The notes beneath the pieces are model-generated. The model ran no database searches, was not told where the DNA came from, and worked only from the letters and a program-made list of their open reading frames with translations. The position numbers were made by a program, and so were the translations under genes. DNA of 64,000 bases, taken from NCBI GenBank assembly GCA_030539155.1, contig JAUNSP010000001.1:1470-65469 (forward strand), in the 5' to 3' direction. How positions within the stretch are numbered: the stretch's first letter is position 1; every line of letters begins with the position of its first letter. Source of the stretch: Clostridia bacterium (GTDB taxonomy: Bacteria > Bacillota > Clostridia > TANB77 > CAG-508). This document shows positions 8,849-20,058 of the stretch, piece after piece.

Positions 8849-10165
8849 TTAAAATTCAATATTTTTCGAAAAAATTTTCAAACTTCTTTCTGCTAGCTTT
8901 TCATATTTAAGTTTCTTATCTTTTATCTTTTCATTTAATGGAGGAAGTATCCCAAAATTTGCATTCATAGGTTGAAATTTATCGTTTGGAGTTGAAATGT
9001 AACTTGCAAGAGTCCCAATCATTGTATATGGCGAAAATTCAACTCTGTTTTTACACTTTATCATATTTACAGCATTTATTCCCGCAACTAATCCTGAAGA
9101 TATAGATTCTACATAACCCTCAACCCCTGTTATCTGCCCTGCAAAAAATATATTTTTATTGCCTTTTATATTATATGTGTTATCGAGTAGCTTTGTTGAA
9201 TTAATATACGTATTCCTATGCATCACACCATATTTAACAAACTCTGCATTTTCTAACCCAGGAATTAAACTAAAAACTCTTTTTTGTTCGCCAAATTTTA
9301 AATTCGTTTGGAACCCTACAAGATTGAATATCGTTCCCTCTGAATTATCCTGCCTCAACTGAACAATTGCATATGGTCTATCTCCTGTTCTTGGATCTGT
9401 AAAACCAACTGGTTTCAGAGGGCCAAACCTTAACGTATCAATTCCCCTCTTTGCCATTATTTCTATAGGCATACACCCCTCAAAAATCTCCTTTTTTTCA
9501 AAATCATGAAGTGTAACTATATCAGCGTCTATAAGTTCATTCCAAAACTTTTCATATTCAGCCTTATTCATAGGAAGATTAATATAGTTACTATCCCCTT
9601 TACCGTATCGATCCCCCCAAAACGCTATATCCATATTTATACTATCTTTTTCAACTATTGGTGCTGCTGCATCATAAAAATACATTTTCTCTACACCAGT
9701 TATTTTTGCAATTTCTCTAGCTAGCCCCTCTGATGTTAATGGTCCAGTTGCAATTATTACAATTCCATCTTCCACTATGTTTTGTAGATTTTCATTAACC
9801 TCTTCTCTCACTATTTCTATATTTTTCATTTTTTCTATTTTTTCTGTTACTTCCCTAGAAAACTTTTCCCTATCTACGGCTAGAGCTTGCCCCGCAGGAA
9901 CTGCCGTTTCATCGGCTACCTTTATTAACAAAGAATCTAATTTTCTTAATTCCTCTTTTAGTAAACCACAAGCATTAGTACATAAATTCGATTTAAACGA
10001 ATTGCTACATACTATTTCTGCAAAATCCTGATTCTGATGGGCTGGCGAAAAATTATCTGGTTTCATCTCATATAATTTTACCTTTATTCCTCTTTTGGCT
10101 ATTTGGTACGCTGCCTCGCATCCCGCAAGTCCTGCACCTATTACAGTTATATAATCCTTCATCAT
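8849..10165 (-). CDS. trmFO: methylenetetrahydrofolate--tRNA-(uracil-5-)-methyltransferase TrmFO (Gid)
   Basis: A 438-aa protein. The start MMKDYITVIGAGLAGCEAAYQIAKRGIKVKLYEMKP... matches the FAD-binding GAGLAG N-terminus and overall length of TrmFO. Confidence 0.9.
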   Translation of the reverse strand: MMKDYITVIGAGLAGCEAAYQIAKRGIKVKLYEMKPDNFSPAHQNQDFAEIVCSNSFKSNLCTNACGLLKEELRKLDSLLIKVADETAVPAGQALAVDREKFSREVTEKIEKMKNIEIVREEVNENLQNIVEDGIVIIATGPLTSEGLAREIAKITGVEKMYFYDAAAPIVEKDSINMDIAFWGDRYGKGDSNYINLPMNKAEYEKFWNELIDADIVTLHDFEKKEIFEGCMPIEIMAKRGIDTLRFGPLKPVGFTDPRTGDRPYAIVQLRQDNSEGTIFNLVGFQTNLKFGEQKRVFSLIPGLENAEFVKYGVMHRNTYINSTKLLDNTYNIKGNKNIFFAGQITGVEGYVESISSGLVAGINAVNMIKCKNRVEFSPYTMIGTLASYISTPNDKFQPMNANFGILPPLNEKIKDKKLKYEKLAERSLKIFSKNIEF

Positions 10166-10251
10166 TTTCTCCTATTCTATTTTGTTACATATCAAAAGTT
10201 TCTAAATATTTATATAGCTCCTTTTAGACAAATTTTTCTTTAATTTTAACC

Positions 10252-13200
10252 CTAACTAAATAGGTTTATAATATCCTCTTTTGATAATTTATTTATAAAT
10301 GTCTCCCCAGTAGTTAGCATATTATCAATTAATTTTTCTTTTTTCTTTTGCAATTCATATATTTTTTCCTCTATTGTATTTTTTGTAATCAATTTATACA
10401 CTTGAACATTTCTCTTTTGTCCAATCCTATAAGTTCTATCCGTTGCCTGATTTTCAGCAGAAATATTCCACCAAGGATCGTAATGTATAACCATATCCGC
10501 TCCAGTTAAATTTAGGCCTGTTCCTCCTGCCTTCAAAGATATTAAAAATACCTTTACTTCTTCATTTGTATTAAATTCATCTACTAACTCTATCCTATCA
10601 GCAACCTTAGTTTGACCTGTTAATTTCAAAAATTTTATATTTTCCTTCTTTAACTCACATTCTATTATCTCAAACATTGAAGTGTATCCTGAAAAAAGTA
10701 AAATTTTGTGATTCCCCTCGACAGCGTCTTTTATTATCTCAATGCATTGATTTAATTTGCTACTCTCCCCTTCATAATTTTCGATAAATAAACTTGGATG
10801 GCAACATATCTGCCTAAGTCTCATTAATAATGCTAATATTTTTATTTGGCTTTTTTCGATTCCATTAGTATTTATTTCATTTATAGCTTCAACTTTTGCC
10901 CTCTGCATATATGATGCGTATATTCTTGATTGTTCAATTTCCATCTCATTATTTAAAACTGTCATTGTCTTATCTGGTAGTTCAGTCAAAACCTCTTTCT
11001 TTATTCTTCTAAGTATAAATGGCTCAATTAACATCTTTAATTTTTGCATAGCTTTTTGATCTTCATCTCTCACTATCGGTAATTCATACAATGTTTTAAA
11101 CTTTTTATAACTAAATAAATATCCTGGCATAATAAAATCAAAAATTGACCACAATTCTGATAATGAATTTTCTATCGGGGTTCCCGTTAAAGCATACCTT
11201 GTTTCAGAAACCAACTTTTTTACAACTCTTGCATTTTGTGTATTGGCATTTTTTATATATTGTGCCTCATCTGCAATAATGTATTTGAATTGGAAATCAT
11301 TTTCTTCGTATATTTCTACATCCCTCTTTAAAGAGTCGTAAGATGTAATCACTACATCATAGTCTCGTAATTTCTCAATTTTTTCTTTTCTTTCATTCAA
11401 ATTTCCATTAATTACAATACTTTTTATATTACTTGAAAATCTATCTATTTCATTTTTCCAATTTAGTGTTAGTGAACTTGGACACACCACTATAGATGGC
11501 TTTGGATTTTTATTCTGCTCAATATATGATGCAATAACTAGAATTAACTGCAATGTCTTTCCTAATCCCATGTCATCTGCAAGAATTCCTCCCAATTTAT
11601 ATTCATCCAAAACTTTTATCCATTTAAACCCAATTTTCTGATAATTTCTTAGTTCTGCATTTATATTCGAAGGTATTTTTATTTCATCATCAAAATCCCT
11701 TTTACCAACTTTTTCTACGATATTCTTATATTGTTCATCTTTCTTTATGTTACTACTAGAAACACTTTCTAAAAGCCTATCCATATACATAGTTCTATAT
11801 AGTGGTAACTTTAGCTTTCCACTTTCAATTTGTTTAAAATCTAAATCCATCCCTGTTGCAACATTTTCAATAAAGTCCATTGTCTCATTCTCTGTTAATT
11901 CTATAAACTTTCCATTCTTCAACCTATGATACTTCTTTTTTAGATGATATTTTTCCATTATTTGAACTAACTCATCCTTATCAAAATTCAATTCATTAAA
12001 ATCAATGTTAAGTAAATTATTTTCTACTTTGACCCCTATTGAAGATAGTTTGGGTTGTTTTATTTCCTTCTCTTTAAAACTATCCGTTGCCAACACCTCA
12101 AACTTTTTCATATACTCTTCTATTTCTTCAGAAAGAAAATTATATATTTTTTCTTCATCAATTAATATTATTCTCTCATTTTGTAAATCCTTCAAAAAGC
12201 CTGTACTCATAAACATATTTAACACTTTATTTTCTTGTGCTATATTTTTTACTATATCAACCTTTTCCTCTGAAAAAGGATTGTACTCCCTATCTCCATA
12301 ACAAAACCTTACTTTTGAAACTATCCTGTTATTATTATCATAATCTAAATACATTTTTACAGACAAATCTAGTGGAATAAATTTTTCGATTTCTTCCTTT
12401 CTTAAACTTTCCATATTAATATTCTCTTTCACCTTTGGGAATACTACTGATAAAAAATTTGGAAAATCTTCTTTTTTGAACGTTATTTCCTTTGAAAAAT
12501 TTTCCCTAAAAGTTTGTAATAATTTTAATGTTGTTCTCCTAAATTGTTCTGTACATCTATACAAATTTTTTCCCCCATAAAGGAAGTATATATTCGAATC
12601 TCCTTCAATTATCCTATATTCATATATATTTATATTTGGTGATATAGTATACTCATATGAATTTTCCTCTTTAATATTGAATTTAATATCTGGATCACTA
12701 TCTATAAATTTTATTAGAGACGACTTATCACTTCTATTTTCTTGTATGCACTCAATCTCTTTTCCCTTCAATATCTCAAAAGCTTCGTCCATTCTTGTTT
12801 TATCTAATCTTATACTATTATCTTTTATATAATCATTATAGTAATTATTATTATTATTTACGTACTCAAACATTTCAGCGTACTTTAATATAAAATCTAA
12901 TAATGGTTTTGAATTCTCCGAAAAAGCCTCTCTATAATGAATAAATTCTAATTTTGCACCGTATTTATAATACCTATTATCCTTAACCCTTTTATAAAAC
13001 TCTGTCAAATTTCTTAACTTATACAACTGTTTGTTTCCTATTTTAAAATCAATCTCCAAATTTCCTCTATATGGGTCGTATATGAGATGTGGTAATATTT
13101 CCACCTTATTTACTTTTCCATCTCCAACCATTTTTGCCTTTTCGTCTTGGTAAAATCCTTTTATCATTTGATTAAATATTCTATAGCTATCCTTATTTTC

Positions 13201-13596
13201 TCTAAAAGGTTTATTACTTACTGATAAATTGTCCAGTCCCTCATTTTTAACAATTTCTACATTAGGTTTTTCCTTGTCAAATATATTTATATACTCTTGA
13301 TTTTCAGAAAAGCCGATTAATGTTGCCGCTATATGCTTGCAAGTTCCATAATTTGTTTGATAATCCATACATTCACATTCTACATCTTCGATTTCACCAT
13401 TTTCTACCCTTACAAATGTATTATATTTTCCGGTATCTCCATAAACCTTTGCTCTTATTGTAAAATTATTTGTATCTTCATATGTTACTTTATTTACCTT
13501 CACCCTTCCGTCTTCAATAAACCTTTTAGCCTTATTAATCCTTGTTTCTCCTACACTCTCATAAATTTCATCTAAAATATTCTCATCAACTATCAT
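10252..13596 (-). CDS. SNF2-family helicase with N-terminal SWIM zinc finger (YwqA/RapA-like)
   Basis: A 1114-aa protein with the SWIM-type motif CECMDYQTNYGTCKHIAATL, SNF2 motif I LADDMGLGKTLQ, a DEAQYIKN DExx box and the helicase-C motifs. Confidence 0.85.
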   Translation of the reverse strand: MIVDENILDEIYESVGETRINKAKRFIEDGRVKVNKVTYEDTNNFTIRAKVYGDTGKYNTFVRVENGEIEDVECECMDYQTNYGTCKHIAATLIGFSENQEYINIFDKEKPNVEIVKNEGLDNLSVSNKPFRENKDSYRIFNQMIKGFYQDEKAKMVGDGKVNKVEILPHLIYDPYRGNLEIDFKIGNKQLYKLRNLTEFYKRVKDNRYYKYGAKLEFIHYREAFSENSKPLLDFILKYAEMFEYVNNNNNYYNDYIKDNSIRLDKTRMDEAFEILKGKEIECIQENRSDKSSLIKFIDSDPDIKFNIKEENSYEYTISPNINIYEYRIIEGDSNIYFLYGGKNLYRCTEQFRRTTLKLLQTFRENFSKEITFKKEDFPNFLSVVFPKVKENINMESLRKEEIEKFIPLDLSVKMYLDYDNNNRIVSKVRFCYGDREYNPFSEEKVDIVKNIAQENKVLNMFMSTGFLKDLQNERIILIDEEKIYNFLSEEIEEYMKKFEVLATDSFKEKEIKQPKLSSIGVKVENNLLNIDFNELNFDKDELVQIMEKYHLKKKYHRLKNGKFIELTENETMDFIENVATGMDLDFKQIESGKLKLPLYRTMYMDRLLESVSSSNIKKDEQYKNIVEKVGKRDFDDEIKIPSNINAELRNYQKIGFKWIKVLDEYKLGGILADDMGLGKTLQLILVIASYIEQNKNPKPSIVVCPSSLTLNWKNEIDRFSSNIKSIVINGNLNERKEKIEKLRDYDVVITSYDSLKRDVEIYEENDFQFKYIIADEAQYIKNANTQNARVVKKLVSETRYALTGTPIENSLSELWSIFDFIMPGYLFSYKKFKTLYELPIVRDEDQKAMQKLKMLIEPFILRRIKKEVLTELPDKTMTVLNNEMEIEQSRIYASYMQRAKVEAINEINTNGIEKSQIKILALLMRLRQICCHPSLFIENYEGESSKLNQCIEIIKDAVEGNHKILLFSGYTSMFEIIECELKKENIKFLKLTGQTKVADRIELVDEFNTNEEVKVFLISLKAGGTGLNLTGADMVIHYDPWWNISAENQATDRTYRIGQKRNVQVYKLITKNTIEEKIYELQKKKEKLIDNMLTTGETFINKLSKEDIINLFS

Positions 13597-13806
13597 TTTA
13601 TCTAGTTCTCCTTTTTTAGGTATTTTTTAAATATTCCTATTATACCATACATTTATTTTTTTTTCAAGTAAAATTCCAAGTAAACTAATAGGTTGCTAAT
13701 TAAGTAGTCTTACTAAAGAATTCCCCCATATCTTGCTCGCAACATATATTATTTATTGCTTTTATATTTAATTTATGATAAAATTGTTATAGGAGATGAT
13801 GAATTT

Positions 13807-16245
13807 ATGAAGAAAGTAGAACTACTTGCTCCCGCAGGAGATTTTGAATGTGTGAAAGCTGCTGTTCAGAGTGGTGCAGATTGCATTTATTTTGGATGTT
13901 CATCCTTTAATGCACGTGCTTCAGCGAAGAATTTTAATATTGATGAGATGAAAGAAGTTATTGATTACTGCTCCTTGAGAAATGTTAAAACAAACCTAAC
14001 TTTAAACACTCTAATAAAAAATTCCGAATTTAATGATGCTTTACTTGTTGCAAAAAAAGCTTATGAATTTGGAATTGATGCAATTATTGTTCAGGATTTA
14101 GGGCTTGCAAAATTTTTACTAAAAAACTTCAAAGGACTTCCAATTCACGCAAGTACTCAAATGACAGTACATAATCTAGAAGGTGCTCTTTATTTAGAAA
14201 ACCTTGGTTTTAAAAGAATTGTACTTTCCCGCGAACTCTCAATAAATGAGATTGCATATATTTGTAGAAATACAAAAGTCGAAATTGAGGTTTTTATTCA
14301 TGGTGCCCTATGTATTTCCTATTCTGGTCAATGTTTATTTTCCAGCATTGTTGGAGGTAGGTCAGGTAACCGTGGCAGATGTGCGCAACCTTGTAGACTC
14401 CCATATTCATTAGTAGAAGAATCACCAAACTCCTTTAAAAAAATCGACTCTGGTTACCTTCTAAGTACTAAAGATGTTTGTGCTCTAGAATATATTCCAG
14501 ATTTAATAAATGCCGGAGTTTCTTGTTTTAAAATTGAAGGAAGAATGAAATCTCCAGAATATGTTGCAATTGTAACTAGTATCTACAGAAAATATATAGA
14601 TTTACATTATTCAAAAGTTCCCTATTCCATTTGCAAAAATGATATAACCAATTTATTGCAAGTTTTCAACAGAGGTGGATTTTCTAATGGACATTTGAGT
14701 AATGAAGAAAATAGAAATTTAATCTTTAAAGAAAAACAAAACCACATGGGTTTATTCTTAGGAACTATTTATAATTATAATAAAAATAAGGGAATTGTAA
14801 CACTTTGTCTAAATGTACCATTATGTATAGGCGACACAATCTCGTTTGAGAAAGAAAGTTCCTCTTATAAAATTTCTGAACTCATGGATAAGAATAATAA
14901 AAACATCCCAATGGGTGAAAAAGGTACAATCGTATGCTTTGGAAGAATGAAAGGAAATATATCTGTAGGTGATAAAGTGTATAAACTATCAGATAAACTC
15001 TTAAATTCCCAAGTGAAAAAAAATTATATAAACGCAGAAAATGTTAAGCATGAATTATATTGCAATATCACCTTAAGAAAGGATTTTCCTATTGTTTTAA
15101 ATTTACATACAGTTGATGATAAATATAATATATCGGTTAGTTCCGATATTTGCCCTGAAACTGCTATAAAACAACCTATTACCAAAGAAAAAATTATCAA
15201 TCAGCTTTCTAAAACTGGGGATTATCCATTTGAATTTAAGGATATAAAGGTCGAATTAGAAGACAACCTATTTATCCCTAAAATAAGTATTTTAAACGAA
15301 CTTCGTAGAAATGCTTTAAAGGAAATTAGTGATTTAATTATTTCAAAAAAACACCGAACTATTAATTTACAATTTCCTACCCTAGCTGAAACATCAGTTA
15401 ACAGTATTGTCAAGAATAGAAAGATTTCCTTGCTATTCCAAATTTTAGATGTAAATATGGATTATTCATCTATTAGAAAAGTGGACGATATCTATATTCC
15501 TTTTAAGTATTTTTTACAAAAAAAATATAAAGAAATTATTTTACAATTAGGAAAAAAAGGAAAATTATTTATTTATATGCCAACCATTATAAAAAATAAT
15601 TATAAAAATCTATTTTTTAATAATATTTCTGAAATCTTAAAACAATACTTTATTAAAGGTTTTGTTATATCTAACCTAGGTGATTTTATATTATTAAAAG
15701 ACTATTTTTTAATGCAAAATTTAAATGATACAGAATATGAGTTTATTGGAAATTATACCTTAAATATTTTTAATAATTACTCTATCTCGCATCTTAAAAA
15801 TACTGGTGTAACTAGAATAACACCTTCACCAGAATTAAACAATTCCATGCTTGTGGAACTTACTAAAACCTCGGAAATTCCTTGTGAACTCATGGTTTAT
15901 GGAAATGTCCCTATTATGAATTTAGGATATTGTTTACTTGGTAAAAGTAATAAATGTTATCCAACATGTACTTCAAAATGTAAAAATATTAATAATAAAT
16001 ATCACTTAATTGATAGATTAAATTTTAAATTTAGAGTTATTCCTGATAACTTACAAACTATCACATCTATCTATAACAGTAAGATTACCTCATTTGATTT
16101 TACAAAAATTAATACTCCTTATTTGAGAATTAATTTTTTAGAAGAAACGATTGATGATATGAATGCAATTATTGATAAAATTACAAATGGAGAAAAAATT
16201 CAAGGAAGGGAATATACTAACGGAAACTTTAATAAAGATATATAG
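13807..16245 (+). CDS. U32 family peptidase (collagenase-like)
   Basis: MKKVELLAPAGDFECVKAAVQSGADCIYFG... is the characteristic U32 N-terminus. An AGGAG RBS lies 9 nt upstream of ATG 13807. The tracked ORF from 13756 is an over-extension. Confidence 0.85.
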   Translation: MKKVELLAPAGDFECVKAAVQSGADCIYFGCSSFNARASAKNFNIDEMKEVIDYCSLRNVKTNLTLNTLIKNSEFNDALLVAKKAYEFGIDAIIVQDLGLAKFLLKNFKGLPIHASTQMTVHNLEGALYLENLGFKRIVLSRELSINEIAYICRNTKVEIEVFIHGALCISYSGQCLFSSIVGGRSGNRGRCAQPCRLPYSLVEESPNSFKKIDSGYLLSTKDVCALEYIPDLINAGVSCFKIEGRMKSPEYVAIVTSIYRKYIDLHYSKVPYSICKNDITNLLQVFNRGGFSNGHLSNEENRNLIFKEKQNHMGLFLGTIYNYNKNKGIVTLCLNVPLCIGDTISFEKESSSYKISELMDKNNKNIPMGEKGTIVCFGRMKGNISVGDKVYKLSDKLLNSQVKKNYINAENVKHELYCNITLRKDFPIVLNLHTVDDKYNISVSSDICPETAIKQPITKEKIINQLSKTGDYPFEFKDIKVELEDNLFIPKISILNELRRNALKEISDLIISKKHRTINLQFPTLAETSVNSIVKNRKISLLFQILDVNMDYSSIRKVDDIYIPFKYFLQKKYKEIILQLGKKGKLFIYMPTIIKNNYKNLFFNNISEILKQYFIKGFVISNLGDFILLKDYFLMQNLNDTEYEFIGNYTLNIFNNYSISHLKNTGVTRITPSPELNNSMLVELTKTSEIPCELMVYGNVPIMNLGYCLLGKSNKCYPTCTSKCKNINNKYHLIDRLNFKFRVIPDNLQTITSIYNSKITSFDFTKINTPYLRINFLEETIDDMNAIIDKITNGEKIQGREYTNGNFNKDI

Positions 16246-16327
16246 TTTCACATATTATAACAAATCTTATTTTATTGACTACTTGCAATTATTTATTAAA
16301 GAGTTAAACAAAAATCTCAAAAAAATA

Positions 16328-16372
16328 TGCGGACAATACTAATTAATAGATTATTATTGTCCGCTTTTTACT
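16328..16372. terminator. bidirectional rho-independent terminator
   Basis: The hairpin gcggacaatactaattaatagattattattgtccgc is followed by ttttt on plus and preceded by an A-run, which gives T-runs on minus. Confidence 0.65.
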
Positions 16373-17831
16373 ATATACTATAATCACTTTCATTTAACCA
16401 AGTACCTGAAATATCAAATACCCATGATGCATTTTCCATATTTAAAAATATATTGCACACATTTGTAGATGTCGAATCAAAAGCAGAGCCTACATCACTA
16501 GTAATACTTCTTTGGTTTTGGACTCCAAAACTTCCTAAATCAAATACTACTGGTGCCTCTTGAGTTCCTTCGCTACCTACAAATGTAAACATTAAATTCA
16601 TTGTTTGTACATTTGCTGTATTGAATTTTGTACCTAAATAAATTTCCTTCGCCTTCGCTGCATAGAACATTAAATCCATTCTACTAACTTTGCTTGTATC
16701 AAAGTTACATTGTCTAAAATCCAATTTTTTTGCTTTACAACCTCTAAACATCCATGACATATTAGTTACTTTACTAGTATCAAATGCTGTTCCAAAGTTT
16801 AAATTTTGTAGTGAAAAACTATTAAACATATGGTCCATATTCCCCACCTTTGATGTGTCAAATTTTTCCCCCAAATTTAAAATACCTGTTTTATCTTCAG
16901 CTAGTGAACCAAAAGAATCAAACATATAATCCATACCAGTCACATTGCTTGTATCAAAATTTAATCCAAAATTAAGCTCTTGCATTTTTTTACAATTATA
17001 AAACATGCCCCCCATACTACCAGATACATTGCTCGTATCAAAATTACATTTGCTAAAATCTAAACTAGTTAAAGAACTGCATCCAAAAAACATCATATGC
17101 ATATTTATTGTTCTACTTGTATCAAATATTACTATTTGAGCATCATCCATAAAGTTTATAGTTGTTAAATTACTCATTCCCTCAAATAAACTAGCAGACC
17201 TCCATGGTGCAATTACTTTACCATCCTTTCCACCGATAAATATATCATATCCACCTTGTGTATTAGGGCTCCACCAACATTTTACGCTATTTACCTCTTG
17301 ACCTAATGCTGTAATATCTGCTACCCCATATCCTACCGTTGCCTCTAAAATTTCCCCTTCAATGTTCTGTAAAGTGTTATTTGAAAAAATATCACTTATG
17401 AATTGTATCGTTTTTATCTCATTTCTTTTAATGCCTGTATCTAACCAAGAATCATTACCATCTCCATCAGTATCCTTTCTCATAACACTACCATTTTCCT
17501 CGTTAAATATTTTTATTTTATTTCCGTCTAAATATATTACAAAGACCTTTCCATTAATCTTTGCTGCAGTTTCCACTAAATATGTCCTTCCATTTTTTGT
17601 ATCTAAGTCCCTGTCATACCAAGATATTCCATTAATTTTACCTTGCAATTGTTGCTTATACCCCTCTATGGTCAAAGCTGAACCATTATCAACTTCCATT
17701 GCTGTTACTTCCATCTGTAGTTTTTCTAAAACACTTGCAGTTTCATACTGTCCCTTTGCTAATTTTGCTTTTTGGAAAATTCCGTTTTCTCCTAATGTTA
17801 AATTAATTGTAATTCCTGCTAAAATTAGCAT
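16371..17831 (-). CDS. BspA-like / DUF285 leucine-rich-repeat surface protein, apparently lacking its native N-terminus
   Basis: A 486-aa protein with repeated ...F(D/N)TSNV(T/S)xMxxMF... units typical of DUF285/BspA LRRs. The open frame continues only 9 codons upstream (DNTITIVI-M) to a TAA and begins inside a hydrophobic helix, with no basic n-region or leader. Confidence 0.6.
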   Translation of the reverse strand: MLILAGITINLTLGENGIFQKAKLAKGQYETASVLEKLQMEVTAMEVDNGSALTIEGYKQQLQGKINGISWYDRDLDTKNGRTYLVETAAKINGKVFVIYLDGNKIKIFNEENGSVMRKDTDGDGNDSWLDTGIKRNEIKTIQFISDIFSNNTLQNIEGEILEATVGYGVADITALGQEVNSVKCWWSPNTQGGYDIFIGGKDGKVIAPWRSASLFEGMSNLTTINFMDDAQIVIFDTSRTINMHMMFFGCSSLTSLDFSKCNFDTSNVSGSMGGMFYNCKKMQELNFGLNFDTSNVTGMDYMFDSFGSLAEDKTGILNLGEKFDTSKVGNMDHMFNSFSLQNLNFGTAFDTSKVTNMSWMFRGCKAKKLDFRQCNFDTSKVSRMDLMFYAAKAKEIYLGTKFNTANVQTMNLMFTFVGSEGTQEAPVVFDLGSFGVQNQRSITSDVGSAFDSTSTNVCNIFLNMENASWVFDISGTWLNESDYSI

Positions 17832-17878
17832 AATTACAATGGTAATCGTGTTATCTTATGACGAAGTTTTTTAATTTT

Positions 17879-19529
17879 TTAAATAGCCTTTTCAGCTATT
17901 TCATTCTTTTCATTTTGACACATATTTAAGGAATTAAATTTATAATAAACTGTTACTTTTTTATCTTGTGAAACTTGAATCTTATCAACTAATGATACTA
18001 ACATTGTTCTTGTAATATTCTGCATTTTCACAAAATCTTTAACTATTGGTAAAATATCTTCAACTTTATCTTCTTCTTTTTCAAATTGTTTCAATTTTCC
18101 AATATTCAACAACAAGTTATCTCTATTTTCCAATGCTCTATTATAAATTCTATTAAAATCTTCATCCTTAATAATGCCATTATACTTATCATCATAAATT
18201 TTGTCAATCTTTGAATTTAAGTCCTCTAACTTTTTATTCATCAAAGTTATTTGACTCTTTATCATATTTTTTCTATTATTAAATTCTTTTTCGGTTTGTT
18301 TTGCAGAGCCAATATATTTATTAGCTTCAAGATACTCTTTACATCTTTCTCTTATAAGCTTTAATATTTCTTCCGTTAATTTTTCTAAATTATTACTATG
18401 TGGAGTACATAACTTTAAACTTGTTGCTGTTGCATAAGTATTACATCTCACATAAAAAATTATCTTTCCACTTTTCTGTTTTTGAGGACATATACTTAAT
18501 TTTTTACCACATTCTTTGCATTCTAGTATTCCTTTTAATAGCCAATCATAAGTCTTTACTCGTGTTGCAGTCCTGCTTGTTATTTGTTCTTGAACTAAAT
18601 TATATGTTTCTACATCTATTATTGGTGTATGTTTTCCCTCTACTAAAATCCAATCTTCTTCTGGTAATGCAAGTATTTTTTTATTCTTATAGCTTACTTT
18701 TCTCATTGTTCCATTTTTCACATATCCAAGATATACTTTATTTTTTAAAATCTTAACAACAGTATTTCTGTTCCATCTTCGTTTTATTTCATCAACTGTT
18801 CTCGTATGCCTATTTCCAACTACATCACAAGGCAATCTTTGTTCTTCTTTTGTCATTATTTTAGCTATCTCTGTTGGTGTTATTCCTGTTTTAGCCATTT
18901 CAAATATTCTTTTTACTAACGGTGCAATTTCATCATCTACTATATAATGATTTTTATCTAACGGATCTTTCTTATAGCCATAAGCAGGATAAGTAACCAT
19001 TACTTTTCCCTCTTTTGCCCTTGTTTTCTTTCCATTTTTTATTTTCTTCGAGCAATCTCTTAAAAACCATTCATTAAAGAATGTTTTAAATTGAGTTATT
19101 TCTTGTGATGTTTCTATATCTCCTGTATCAATGTCATCACATACTGCAATAAATCTTATATTTTTTTCTATAAAGTATTCTTCTAAATAATAATCTACTT
19201 TTGATGATACTCTGCCAAATCTTGATAAGTCTTTTACAATGACCATATTTATTTTTCCATCTTCAATATCTTTTATCATTCTTTGGAAACCGTGGTCTAT
19301 CAAAGTTAGCTCCAGAATAACCATCATCAGTATAAATATCGTGTATCCTTATTCTATTCTCTCTACAAAAATTTTTTAAAAATATTTTTTGAGTGCTTAT
19401 ACTTCCACTCTCTTTTTCATCTTCTGATGTTTCTTTGACTCCATCTACATTATCTATTTCAATTTTTTCATTAGAAAGTCTTGGATATATCCCTGCCACA
19501 TATCTTTCGGGATTTCTTATTGTTATCAT
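17879..19529 (-). pseudogene. large serine recombinase (TndX/TnpX-like) interrupted by a +1 frameshift near 19300 (could be a sequencing indel)
   Basis: The 88-aa ORF 19263..19529 (MITIRNPERYVAGIYPRLSNEK...SISTQK...DDGYSGANFDRP) is the resolvase catalytic N-terminus, preceded by RBS AGAGGAGG. It continues in another frame as (G)FQRMIKDIEDGKINMVIVKDLSRFGR... through a 482-aa ORF with zinc-ribbon and coiled-coil regions. Deleting one base in ccacggtttcc restores ...FDRPGFQRMIKD... Confidence 0.75.
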
Positions 19530-19605
19530 TTTTTCCTCCTCTCTAATAACAACAAGTTCCTCCTATCCAATTACTAAAATTATATACTGTATGAGGTGTC
19601 AAAGT

Positions 19606-19746
19606 CTAACCTTTTTGAGCATTTTCTTCAAGTTTTTCTAAACAATATTCTTTAAATATATCTTGTAGCAAATCTTCAAGACTTTTTCCATTTTCATTAA
19701 ATATTTCTTCAAATTCATATTCACTTTTTTTATTTTTTTCTTTCAT
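19606..19746 (-). CDS. small acidic hypothetical protein (46 aa)
   Basis: Hand-translated MKEKNKKSEYEFEEIFNENGKSLEDLLQDIFKEYCLEKLEENAQKG with RBS AGAGGTGG 6 nt upstream. It is below the ORF-track size cutoff. Confidence 0.35.
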   Translation of the reverse strand: MKEKNKKSEYEFEEIFNENGKSLEDLLQDIFKEYCLEKLEENAQKG

Positions 19747-19836
19747 TATTACCACCTCTAAAACCACATCGTTTTTACAATGTTATCTATATTTTATTGA
19801 ATAACAGAAACTTATTACTTTTAACTTTCTAATTAT

Positions 19837-20058
19837 CTATTCCTCTTTTAATATTTTATCTGCTCTTTTAATAGCCTCATCTGGAGTATGTAATTCCATT
19901 ATTGCAATCATTTCTTGTGCAAGTTCTTCCTCTTTAAAATCTTTAACTTGTAAATTCTCTGCATTGGCAGTATTTTTAAATGTATGTAATGCTATTACTG
20001 CATAAGCAACTGCTCTTTTCCAATTTTGATAATCTACTTTTACATTTTTATTTTTCAT
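19837..20058 (-). CDS. hypothetical small protein (73 aa) adjacent to the recombinase
   Basis: An ORF starting MKNKNVKVDYQNWKRAVAYAVIALHTFKNTANAENLQVKDF... It occupies the position taken by small accessory/excisionase-like genes next to recombinases. Confidence 0.45.
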   Translation of the reverse strand: MKNKNVKVDYQNWKRAVAYAVIALHTFKNTANAENLQVKDFKEEELAQEMIAIMELHTPDEAIKRADKILKEE

